In this document: piece after piece, positions 36,097 through 44,625 of the stretch | Layout of the letters: every line of letters starts with the position of its first letter | Position numbering within the stretch: the stretch's first letter is position 1 | DNA from: Clostridia bacterium | Lineage (GTDB): Bacteria > Bacillota > Clostridia > Christensenellales > Aristaeellaceae | Direction: 5' to 3' | Assembly (NCBI GenBank): GCA_017938795.1 | Contig: JAGBAV010000037.1 | Span: 4,305 to 68,304 of the forward strand | Length of the DNA: 64,000 nt | The notes under the pieces: generated by a model | Database searches by the model: none | Seen by the model: only the letters and a program-made list of their open reading frames with translations | Told to the model about the DNA's origin: nothing | Translations under genes and position numbers: made by a program

Positions 36097-36735
36097 ATGG
36101 CCATCAATCTGATCCAGTATCCCCCGAAGTCGGGCAATGTCCCGCTCCGCGTGGCGAAGGGGCACTTTGCGACCAGCCACAGTCACCTCAACTACTATAT
36201 CGACATGACGATGACCAAGCACCGCCTCTCCGAGGCGAGGGACGCCGCGGCGGAGCTGTGCCGTCAGTTCAAAGTGTCCACGATCATCGACACCATCCTC
36301 TGCCTTGACGGCACGGAGGTGATCGGCGCATGCATGGCCAGCGAGCTGACACGCGCCGGCTACATGAACATGAACGCGCACCGCACCATCTACGTCGCCA
36401 CGCCCGAGCATACCTCCGGCAGCCAGCTGATCTTCCGCGACAACACCGCGCCGATGATCGTGGGCAAGCATGTGCTGGTGCTGGCGGCGTCCGTGGCGAC
36501 GGGCTACACCGCGCAGGCCGCCGTGGAGGCGATCCGCTATTACAGCGGCATCCCGGTGGGCATCTGCTCGATCTTCGCCTGCATCGAGGAGTGCGAGGGC
36601 TTCCCGGTGGTGAGCATCTACAAGAAGGAGGATCTGGACGATTACCAGAGCCATGCCTCCCGCGAGTGCCCGATGTGCAGGGCTGGCGTGAAGCTGGATG
36701 CGCTGGTCAACAGCCACGGCATCTCCAGCTTCTGA
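36097..36735 (+). CDS. phosphoribosyltransferase-fold protein with degenerate PRPP loop
   Basis: PRTase-like hydrophobic strand plus loop VLVLAASVATGYT, where the acidic pair of canonical VLIVDDxxxTGGT is absent. C-terminal CPMCRAG. Confidence 0.6.
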   Translation: MAINLIQYPPKSGNVPLRVAKGHFATSHSHLNYYIDMTMTKHRLSEARDAAAELCRQFKVSTIIDTILCLDGTEVIGACMASELTRAGYMNMNAHRTIYVATPEHTSGSQLIFRDNTAPMIVGKHVLVLAASVATGYTAQAAVEAIRYYSGIPVGICSIFACIEECEGFPVVSIYKKEDLDDYQSHASRECPMCRAGVKLDALVNSHGISSF

Positions 36736-36752
36736 TTCTCTTCAGCGTCATC

Positions 36753-36792
36753 AAAAAAGGCTGCGCCGTTATTTCCGGCGCAGCCTTTCTTG
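36753..36792. terminator. bidirectional terminator between convergent genes
   Basis: ggctgcgcc (36759-67) / ggcgcagcc (36777-85), flanked by A6 and tttctt. Confidence 0.75.
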
Positions 36793-36820
36793 TATCGCTG
36801 TGCGTATCATCCCGCTGGCC

Positions 36821-37612
36821 TTACAGGCCCTTCCTGCGCAGGATCAGCTTGATATGAGTGTAGTCCTTGATGGTGACGTCCGTATCCTGCTTGACGACGC
36901 GGGCGAGGAAAGGCAGCACGTAGTGATCGAAGTAGATCAGCTCGTAGCCGGAGGAGAGCCGGCTGATGAGCTGCTCCATGGTCAGCGGGAGATAATTCTC
37001 CGCGCACTCGCGCGACCAGTTTGCCTCATAGCGGTACTTGAGCAGGAAGTGGATGAGGTTGTAGTTGTCGCTCAGGCTGCCGTGGCAGGCCTCGAACTGC
37101 TCGATCATCCGCGCGGAGCAGGCGCGGCGCACCTTGAGCACATCCTCCTTGAGCGCGGGGCGATGGGCGCTCTGGTCGCAGCACATATCGCGGATGGTGA
37201 TGTAGCGGAAGCCGGTCTCGTTGATATCCCGCCAGAAGGCGTCCACGCTCTGCGTGTCGCCGTAGCTGTAGACTTCGTGAATCAGGGAGGAGAGATTGAC
37301 GCACATATGGTCGGGCGTGACGCCGTGCCGGGCGAGGGCCTGCAGCGCCTCCTGCAGGTCGGCATGGAAGGAGGCGTTGGGCGCGGCGCAGCGCTCCTTT
37401 GCCGCGGCGATCATCTGCCCGGACATATCGTAGCCGACCATGCGGATCTCCGGGAAGATGGACGCGAGGAAATCCACCAGCGCGCCGTCCGCGCAGCCAT
37501 AGTCCAGCACCGCTGAGACCTGCTCGTCGAGCTTGTCCATGAAGAAGATCTTGTCGATCAGGCTCTTGCGCATTTCCGTGGTGTAGTGGGAGAAGTCCGG
37601 AATGCTTTCCAT
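36821..37612 (-). CDS. class I SAM-dependent methyltransferase
   Basis: Start at MESIPDF (GGAGG RBS). Motif I VLDYGCADGALVDFLA. Confidence 0.75.
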   Translation of the reverse strand: MESIPDFSHYTTEMRKSLIDKIFFMDKLDEQVSAVLDYGCADGALVDFLASIFPEIRMVGYDMSGQMIAAAKERCAAPNASFHADLQEALQALARHGVTPDHMCVNLSSLIHEVYSYGDTQSVDAFWRDINETGFRYITIRDMCCDQSAHRPALKEDVLKVRRACSARMIEQFEACHGSLSDNYNLIHFLLKYRYEANWSRECAENYLPLTMEQLISRLSSGYELIYFDHYVLPFLARVVKQDTDVTIKDYTHIKLILRRKGL

Positions 37613-37719
37613 CGTATCTGCCTCCGCTGTATCAATATACAGCAGTATATCACGCAGGGCATGGCGCGGGCAATCCCCGCAGGAGAACGGGATGATCGGT
37701 ATTTTTTTCACGATCCCGC

Positions 37720-37748
37720 TTGACAGGGGAGCAAAGCAGAATTATACT
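37720..37748 (+). promoter_or_regulatory. sigma70-like promoter of the TetR-led operon
   Basis: TTGACA, 17-nt spacer, TATACT. A short palindrome TGAAC-gt-GTTCA (37756-67) lies just downstream. Confidence 0.6.
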
Positions 37749-37781
37749 GTTTATGTGAACGTGTTCATTTAAGGAGAATGT

Positions 37782-38288
37782 ATGCCCAAGATCATTGAGA
37801 ACCTCGCCGGCAGGCTGATGCAGGAGGCGAGACGGCAGATCGGGGAGAACGGATACGCCGCCACGACCATCCGCTCCGTGGCGAAGGCCTGCGGCGTCGG
37901 CGTGGGGACGGTGTATAACTACTTCCCCTCCAAGGATGCCATGATTGCCTCGTACATGCTGGAGGACTGGCGCGCCTGCGTCGCCGCCATTGAGGCTGCC
38001 GCTGCCTGTGCGGATACGCCGGGGCCCGTCCTGCGCTGCATCTGCGCGCAGCTGCGCCTGTTCATCGGGCGGCATGAGGCGGTCATCCGGGATAAAACGG
38101 CCGCCGCCGGCTTTTCCGGCGCGCTGGGGCGGTATCATCCTGTGCTGCGCACGCAGCTGGCGGCTCCGCTGCGCCGCTTCTGTGAGGACGATTTCACGGC
38201 GGAGTTCGCCGCGCAGGCGCTGCTGACATGGACAATGGAGGGGCGCGACGGCGAGGAACTGTATACCCTGATGCAAAAACTGTTCTGA
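37782..38288 (+). CDS. TetR/AcrR-family transcriptional regulator
   Basis: HTH TIRSVAKACGVGVGTVYNYFPSKDAMI. Confidence 0.85.
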   Translation: MPKIIENLAGRLMQEARRQIGENGYAATTIRSVAKACGVGVGTVYNYFPSKDAMIASYMLEDWRACVAAIEAAAACADTPGPVLRCICAQLRLFIGRHEAVIRDKTAAAGFSGALGRYHPVLRTQLAAPLRRFCEDDFTAEFAAQALLTWTMEGRDGEELYTLMQKLF

Positions 38289-38301
38289 GGAGAGAGACGA
38301 T

Positions 38302-39228
38302 ATGTCCAGCTTTGAGAATCTGCGCGTGGTCGATAATTTCTACCAGACCTCGCTGTTTTTCCCGATGCCCACGGTGGTCATCAGCACGCTGTGCGAGGAC
38401 GGCACCACGACGCTTGGCCCCTACTCGCTGGTGCAGCCCTATTATGTGGCGGGCAAGGATTTCTACGCGATGCTGTTGTCCTGCCGCAATTCCTCCAACA
38501 CCGCGCAGAACATCCTGCGCAACGGCAAGTGCGCGATCAGCTTCGTGGACGACAAGCCGAAGACCTTCAAGGAATGCGTGAAGCTCTCCTGGCCCGGCGA
38601 TAAGCCGGAGGACAAAATGCCCGGCTGCGCCTTCCGCCTGGAGAAGAGCCAGATCGAGGAGGAGACCGGCGAGGCCCGCCCCATGGTGCTGACCGACGCG
38701 ATTCAGGCGATCGAATGCACATGGGTGCGCACGCTGGACAACGCGCAGGACGATAAGCCCGGCGAGCTCAGCGGCTACGAGCCGCCGTATCACGACTTCA
38801 ACGGCATCACCAGCAAGTTCGGCGCTCACTTCATCCTGCGCATCGACCGCATCCTGATGAAGAAGAAGTACCATGATGCGATCATCAATGGTGTGCGCGC
38901 GCAGGACTTCCCCCCGCTGCCGGTCGACTACGGCTACCGCGACAGCAAGAACTTCTGGTTCCACCGCAAGCGCTGGATGCGCGCGGAGCTGCTGCCCATG
39001 CGCAAGCAGTCGCTGGACTCCGTCCGCTACGCCGCCGACCGCGCGGACGACAAGATCAGGTTCACCGATGACGCGCTGGAGACCATCCTCAATGTGCCGC
39101 GCGTGTTCCTCCCCGTGGTGCTCAAGGGCTGCGTGGAATGGGCGCGGGAGAACGGCGTGGAGCTCGTCACCGCCGAGCATATGAAGATCATCAACGACAA
39201 GCGATCCAAGGAAAAGAAGAGAAAGTAA
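38302..39228 (+). CDS. flavin-reductase-like (FMN-binding split-barrel) domain protein with extra C-terminal region
   Basis: The N-terminal FPMPTVVISTLCEDGTTTLGPYSLVQPYY pattern is typical of Flavin_Reduct domains. 308 aa. Confidence 0.6.
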   Translation: MSSFENLRVVDNFYQTSLFFPMPTVVISTLCEDGTTTLGPYSLVQPYYVAGKDFYAMLLSCRNSSNTAQNILRNGKCAISFVDDKPKTFKECVKLSWPGDKPEDKMPGCAFRLEKSQIEEETGEARPMVLTDAIQAIECTWVRTLDNAQDDKPGELSGYEPPYHDFNGITSKFGAHFILRIDRILMKKKYHDAIINGVRAQDFPPLPVDYGYRDSKNFWFHRKRWMRAELLPMRKQSLDSVRYAADRADDKIRFTDDALETILNVPRVFLPVVLKGCVEWARENGVELVTAEHMKIINDKRSKEKKRK

Positions 39229-39244
39229 ACCGGGAGGTATATGT

Positions 39245-40105
39245 ATGAAGATCGTACTGGCAGGCGCGTTCGGCAATCTGGGCGCGGAGATTCTCAGGCA
39301 GCTGGTTGCGGCGGGGCACGAGGTTGTCGCCGCCGACCTGAAGGAGGTCCCGGTCAAGGGGCTTGAGGGGAAGTACACCTTTGCCGCTATCGACGCGACG
39401 AAGCCGGAGACCCTCAAGGGCCTTTGCGAGGGCGCGGAGATCGTCATCACCACCATGGGCCTGACCGGCGCGTCCACGCGCTTCACGTCCTATGACATCG
39501 ACTATCAGGGCAATATGAACCTGTACGCCGAGTGCGTGCGCGCGGGTGTGAAGAAGTTCAACTACATCTCCGTCATCTCCTGCGATGAGCCGGGCGCGGA
39601 GAAGGTGCCGATGCTGCACGCGAAGTACATGGTTGAGCAGGAGATCAAGAAGCAGCCGATGGAGTATGTGATCTACCGTCCGACCGGCTACTTCTACGAT
39701 ATCGCGAAGGTCTTCAAGCCCTATATCGACAAGGGTGAGATGCAGCTGCTCAAGGGCTATGGCGGCGTGAAGGCGAACGTGGTGGACTGCCCGGACTTTG
39801 CGGCGTTCATCGTGAAGCACATGTGCGACACCAACGTCACCTACAACGTCGGCGGCAGGGAGACCTACACCTACGAGCAGATGGCGAAGATGTGCTTTGA
39901 CGCGGCGGGCAAGCCGATGAAGATCAAGTGGGCGCCGATCTGGCTGTTCGGCATCCTTGCCAACCTGCCCAAGATCAAGAAGGCCGGCAAGCATGACATC
40001 ATCCTCTTCTCCAAGTGGACGCTGAGCCATGACCTTGTGGGCGACACCGAGGTGGGCGAGGGCAGCTTCGCCGCCTACATCAGGCAGTACTTCGGGAAGA
40101 AGTAA
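39245..40105 (+). CDS. NAD(P)H-binding NmrA-like / atypical SDR protein
   Basis: MKIVLAGAFGNLGAEILRQLVAAGHEV Rossmann N-terminus. Confidence 0.75.
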   Translation: MKIVLAGAFGNLGAEILRQLVAAGHEVVAADLKEVPVKGLEGKYTFAAIDATKPETLKGLCEGAEIVITTMGLTGASTRFTSYDIDYQGNMNLYAECVRAGVKKFNYISVISCDEPGAEKVPMLHAKYMVEQEIKKQPMEYVIYRPTGYFYDIAKVFKPYIDKGEMQLLKGYGGVKANVVDCPDFAAFIVKHMCDTNVTYNVGGRETYTYEQMAKMCFDAAGKPMKIKWAPIWLFGILANLPKIKKAGKHDIILFSKWTLSHDLVGDTEVGEGSFAAYIRQYFGKK

Positions 40106-40174
40106 GGCCATGCTGCCCGCCGACGGGCGGGGCAGCTTTCTGTGGGAAAACTGACATCACAAAAGGGGTATATT

Positions 40175-40972
40175 ATGGGCTTCAATTATCTGGGCATCTT
40201 CTTTGTTCTGAGCCTGCTGGTCTGCCTGTGCGGCTTTAAGAAGTATGTGTATTTCATGTCCATCGGCTATGGCTTCTCCGTGGCGGTGATCGGCGCGGCG
40301 ATGATCGTGATGAGCCTGATGGGGATCTTCCCGGCGCAGCTTGCGCATTACATTCAGTTCGTGCTGTTCATCGTCTATGGCTTCCGCCTCTCCGGCTTCC
40401 TGCTGATCCGCGAGATCCGCAACGCCTCCTACCGCAAGACGCTTAAGGAGGCGACCGGCGACGAGAGCAAGATGCCCTTGTTTGTCAAGGTGATCATGTG
40501 GCTGACCATGGGCGTGCTCTATGTGGCGCAGACCTCCGGCGTGGCCTTCCGCCTGTTTAATGGCTGTGCGACCTCCGCGCTGCAGTGGGCCGGCATTGCG
40601 GTGTCCGTCTTCGGCATCGTGCTGGAGGCCATCGCCGACCAGCAGAAGAGCGAGCAGAAGAAGGAGCGCCCCGATATGGTCGCCACCAAGCAGCTGTACA
40701 GGATCGTGCGCTGCCCGAATTACTTCGGCGAGATCCTCTTCTGGACGGGTGTGACCCTCTCCGCGCTGGACGTGCTGCAGGGCGCGAGCCAGTGGGCGAC
40801 GGTCATCATTGCCTATATCCTGATCGTGTTCATCATGTTCAACGGCGCACAGCGTCTTGAGAAGCGACAGATGGCCCGCTACGGCAACAACCCGGAGTAT
40901 AAGGCTTATGCCGATAAGACGCCCATCATCATCCCTCTGCTGCCCGTCTATCATCTCAATAAGCAGAAGTAA
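40175..40972 (+). CDS. DUF1295 membrane protein (steroid 5-alpha-reductase / ICMT-like superfamily)
   Basis: Multi-TM protein. C-terminal signature LYRIVRCPNYFGEILFWTG. Confidence 0.75.
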   Translation: MGFNYLGIFFVLSLLVCLCGFKKYVYFMSIGYGFSVAVIGAAMIVMSLMGIFPAQLAHYIQFVLFIVYGFRLSGFLLIREIRNASYRKTLKEATGDESKMPLFVKVIMWLTMGVLYVAQTSGVAFRLFNGCATSALQWAGIAVSVFGIVLEAIADQQKSEQKKERPDMVATKQLYRIVRCPNYFGEILFWTGVTLSALDVLQGASQWATVIIAYILIVFIMFNGAQRLEKRQMARYGNNPEYKAYADKTPIIIPLLPVYHLNKQK

Positions 40973-41083
40973 GCGGGCGGAGGATACAAAGGACACAGCA
41001 GAAATACCAAAGATGCGCACAGCGCACAGATACCAATGCGCCGGGCCGCTGCAGAGGCGGCCCGGCAGAAACGAGAGGCAGAT

Positions 41084-41701
41084 ATGTACAATTTCTCCAT
41101 CCCGATGGCGCTGATGGATTATGTTCCCGTGCTGTTCTTCGGCGCTGCGGCGGTGATTCTGCTGCGCGATCTGCATGGGCAGGCACGTGCGGGCGCATAT
41201 GCGCTCCTTGCAGCCGGCATGATCAATGTCTTCGCCGCGGGCTTTCTGAAGGCGACGTGGAAGCTGCTCTACGCGGCGGGCGTGTGTGACTTTGCCGCGC
41301 TCAATGCGCTTTTCCTGCCGCTGCAGTCGCTGGGCTTCCTGCTGGCTGGCGCTGGCCTGATCGGCGTGGTCGCCGGGATGCGCCGGAGTGCTGCGCTTGC
41401 CGTCGCGCCGCCGGTGTTCGGCGGCAGCATGGTCTTCATCCTGATGATGGTGGCGGGCCTTGGCGCGGTGTGCGCCTGCCTGAGCGTGCTCGCGGCGCGG
41501 CTGAAGAAGCGCCGCATCATCGTCTTCTTTGCGCTGTCCTTCTTTGCGTCGCTGTGCATGGGCTACATGTCCAGCAGGGACAGCACCTCCGCACTGGTCA
41601 ACTGGATCGAGCAGGGGATCAACTGCGTGGGTCAGGGGCTGCTGCTTGGCGGCGTGCTCGCGCTGCATAAGGCCGGGCTGGCGGACATGCAGGCGAAATA
41701 A
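41084..41701 (+). CDS. hypothetical polytopic membrane protein
   Basis: Start at MYNFSIPMALMDYVPVLFF. About 6 hydrophobic helices. No recognisable motif. Confidence 0.55.
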   Translation: MYNFSIPMALMDYVPVLFFGAAAVILLRDLHGQARAGAYALLAAGMINVFAAGFLKATWKLLYAAGVCDFAALNALFLPLQSLGFLLAGAGLIGVVAGMRRSAALAVAPPVFGGSMVFILMMVAGLGAVCACLSVLAARLKKRRIIVFFALSFFASLCMGYMSSRDSTSALVNWIEQGINCVGQGLLLGGVLALHKAGLADMQAK

Positions 41702-41891
41702 CGGATCTGTGATCATGCGCTGGAAACAGCGCAGAGAAGCCGGGGGCCGGACGTCGGCTCCCGGCTGAATTGTTTTGGCCCGGATGGGCGTGCATGCGGA
41801 CAGCGGCGCAGCTTTTTCTCCGATAGGTCATATTCCTTTACAAGCGGCGCGGGGCGATGCTATACTGATCCTGTAGGGGAGGCGATGACCG

Positions 41892-42929
41892 ATGCTCATG
41901 CTCCGGGAGGCGAATCTGCGGGATGTCGAAAAGGAGTATGCCTTCATGGCGGCGCTGCCTGCGGATGAGAACGGATTCACCAATCCGTGGCACGGCGTGA
42001 CGCGCGGGGCCTTTGCCGATACGGCGCTTGGCGATATGATCGCATGGAGCCGGGGCGAGCGGCTGCCGGAGGGCTATGTGCCCGAGACGTTTTACTTCCT
42101 CTGGGACGGGGAGGAGATCGTGGGCCAGTTCCGCCTGCGGCATTGGCTGTGCGATTCGCTGCGTGAGGGCGCGGGGCATGTCGGCTACAGCATTGCGCCG
42201 GCGTACCGCAGGCGCGGCTATGCGACGCAGGGCCTTCGCCTGCTGCTGCGCATCGCGCATGGCGTCGTCCCGGAGGAGGAGATTTACCTCCGGGTGAACA
42301 GGGATAACCCTGCATCCCTGCGCGTGATGCTCCGGTGCGGGGGCGTCATCCATCATGAGGACGAAGAGAAGATCTATGTGAGGATACCGCTTATGAAGAC
42401 AATGGATACCATCATGGCCAGGCACAGCTACCGCGGGAAGTACCTGAGTGAACCTGTGCCGCGTGAGCATCTGACGAAGATCATGGAGGCCGGACTCGCC
42501 GCGCCCTCCGGCTGCAACAAGCAGACGACCAGCCTGATCGCCGTGGACGACCCGCAGGTGCTTGAAAGGCTCCATGCGGTGATTGACCCGCCGATCGGCA
42601 CGACCGCCCCGGCGATGATCTGCGTGCTGACAAAGCGCATCATCGCCTACCGCGACCGCTGCTACAGCGTGCAGGACTACGCCGCGGCGATCCAGAACAT
42701 GCTGCTGGCGATTGTGGCGCTGGGCTATGAGAGCTGCTGGATTGAGGGGCATATCACGGACGAGGACCGCATCGGGCGGAAGATGGCCGATATCCTCGGC
42801 GTGCCGCAGGATATGGAGCTGGTGTGCTTCCTGCCCGTGGGCCGTGCGGCGGAGGCGGTCAAGGCCCCGGTGAAGAAGCCCTTTGATCAGCGCGCATGGT
42901 ATAACGGATACGCGGGCGGCGAGGCCTGA
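41892..42929 (+). CDS. GNAT N-acetyltransferase - nitroreductase fusion protein
   Basis: The N-terminal half has GHVGYSIAPAYRRRGYATQGLRLLL (GNAT motif A). The C-terminal half has MARHSYRGKYLSEPVPREHLTKIMEAGLAAPSGCNKQ (nitroreductase N-terminus). There is no stop codon between the halves. Confidence 0.7.
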   Translation: MLMLREANLRDVEKEYAFMAALPADENGFTNPWHGVTRGAFADTALGDMIAWSRGERLPEGYVPETFYFLWDGEEIVGQFRLRHWLCDSLREGAGHVGYSIAPAYRRRGYATQGLRLLLRIAHGVVPEEEIYLRVNRDNPASLRVMLRCGGVIHHEDEEKIYVRIPLMKTMDTIMARHSYRGKYLSEPVPREHLTKIMEAGLAAPSGCNKQTTSLIAVDDPQVLERLHAVIDPPIGTTAPAMICVLTKRIIAYRDRCYSVQDYAAAIQNMLLAIVALGYESCWIEGHITDEDRIGRKMADILGVPQDMELVCFLPVGRAAEAVKAPVKKPFDQRAWYNGYAGGEA

Positions 42930-43096
42930 GCACCCCGCTCCCTGCAGACAGAGACGGACGAAGGGGGATTGGCATGATTCTTTGCATTGTCACAGCTCCA
43001 TGCAGAGCCTGATCGGGCCAGCCTGTATGGAGACGGCATGACTGCCTGACGGCTTTGCTTTGATGGATCATCAGAATGATAAAGGAGCAAAGACCG

Positions 43097-44398
43097 ATGA
43101 AACACTATCTGACAAAAGACAACCTGAGGGAGCTTCGCAGCTTCCTGATTCTCTGGGCGACGCAGGCGCTCTCTTCGCTGGGCAGCGCGATGACGTCCTT
43201 TGCGCTGATCGTCTGGTCCTATGACCAGCAGGGCAGCGCGCTGAGCACGGCGCTGCTGTCCGTCTGCTCATATCTGCCGTATGTGGCGATGAGCATCTTT
43301 GCCGGCGCGCTGAGCGACCGATGGAACAAGAAGCGCACGATGCTTGTCTGCGACTGCATCGCCGCGGCGACGACGCTGTGCGTGCTGCTGCTGCTTGTGA
43401 CGGACCGGCTGACCATCGGGCATCTGTATGCGATCAACGCGGTCAACGGCCTGATGAACACCGTGCAGCGGCCTGCGGCCGACGTGACGGTTACCCTGCT
43501 CACGCCGAAGCATCTGTATCAGCAGACGGCTGCGCTGCAGTCCTTCTCCGGCTCGCTGATCAATATCATCACCCCTGCGCTGGCGTCCGCGCTGCTGGCC
43601 TTCACCGGCCTGCGCGGGGTGATCCTCGTGGATCTTCTGACGTTTGCCGCGGCATTCCTTTCGCTCCTGCTCCTTGTGGAGATCCCGGAGGCGGAGGATA
43701 AGGCGGTGAAGGGCGAGCCGCTGCTGCGGGCGGCGGGCGAGGGCCTTGCCTACCTGCGCAGGAACAGGGGCGTGCTGCACATGATCCTTTCCTTTGCGGC
43801 GATCAATCTGGTCGCGTCGATGTATGAGGCGGCGCTCCCGGCGATGATTCTCTCCGTGCCGGGCGGCGGTCAGGCTGCGCTGGGCACGGTCAACGCAGCC
43901 AAGGGCATCGCGATGCTGGCAGGCAGCTCGCTGGCGCTGCTGCTGCCCAAACCCAGATCCCGCGTGACGATGGTCGTGCTGTGTATGGCGGTCTCCATGT
44001 CCACGGATAACTTCCTGCTCGCCTTCGGGCGGTCGCTGCCGTGGTGGTGCCTCGGCGCGGTGCTGGGCTGGCTGCCGATCCCCCTGATGAACGCGAACCT
44101 CACCGCCCTGATGCGCGGGTATATCCCGGTGGGCATGCAGGGGCGCGTGTTCTCCGCGCGCAATACGCTGCAGTTCTTCACCATCCCCGTGGGCTATGCG
44201 CTGGGAGGATGGCTGGTGGACCGTGTGTTCGAGCCGGCGATGGCCGCTGTGCAGGCGGGGAGCCTGCCCGCGCTGCTCTTTGGCACGGGCAAGGGATCGG
44301 GCGCTGCGGCGCTGTTTGCGGTACTGGGCGCATGCGGCGTGGCGGTGTGCATGGCGATGGCGACGGATCAGCGGATACGGGAGATGGAGCGCACCTGA
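43097..44398 (+). CDS. MFS transporter
   Basis: AAAGGAG RBS before ATG 43097. 12-TM-like profile. GALSDRWNKKRTM loop (MFS motif A-like). Confidence 0.85.
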   Translation: MKHYLTKDNLRELRSFLILWATQALSSLGSAMTSFALIVWSYDQQGSALSTALLSVCSYLPYVAMSIFAGALSDRWNKKRTMLVCDCIAAATTLCVLLLLVTDRLTIGHLYAINAVNGLMNTVQRPAADVTVTLLTPKHLYQQTAALQSFSGSLINIITPALASALLAFTGLRGVILVDLLTFAAAFLSLLLLVEIPEAEDKAVKGEPLLRAAGEGLAYLRRNRGVLHMILSFAAINLVASMYEAALPAMILSVPGGGQAALGTVNAAKGIAMLAGSSLALLLPKPRSRVTMVVLCMAVSMSTDNFLLAFGRSLPWWCLGAVLGWLPIPLMNANLTALMRGYIPVGMQGRVFSARNTLQFFTIPVGYALGGWLVDRVFEPAMAAVQAGSLPALLFGTGKGSGAAALFAVLGACGVAVCMAMATDQRIREMERT

Positions 44399-44417
44399 AC
44401 GGATATATCGGATAAGG

Positions 44418-44448
44418 AAGCCGGGCTGATGAGCAGCCCGGCTTTTCT
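44418..44448 (+). terminator. intrinsic terminator after the MFS gene
   Basis: aagccgggctg / atgag / cagcccggctt, then ttct. Confidence 0.8.
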
Positions 44449-44524
44449 GATTGGCTGGGCTTATGACAGAGAGCCAGGCTTTCAGGTATACAGCTGTATG
44501 ACGGGTTGTATGGGCCGCCGCAGT

Positions 44525-44553
44525 TTGACAGCGCATGTAAATGGTGATATCAT
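44525..44553 (+). promoter_or_regulatory. sigma70-like promoter of the glycosyltransferase island
   Basis: TTGACA, 17-nt spacer, TATCAT. Confidence 0.55.
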
Positions 44554-44625
44554 ATAGTAAATTGCGTGTATTATGCCAATTTGATTGCTGAAATACAGAA
44601 GGATACGGAAAGGCTGGTGTACAAC

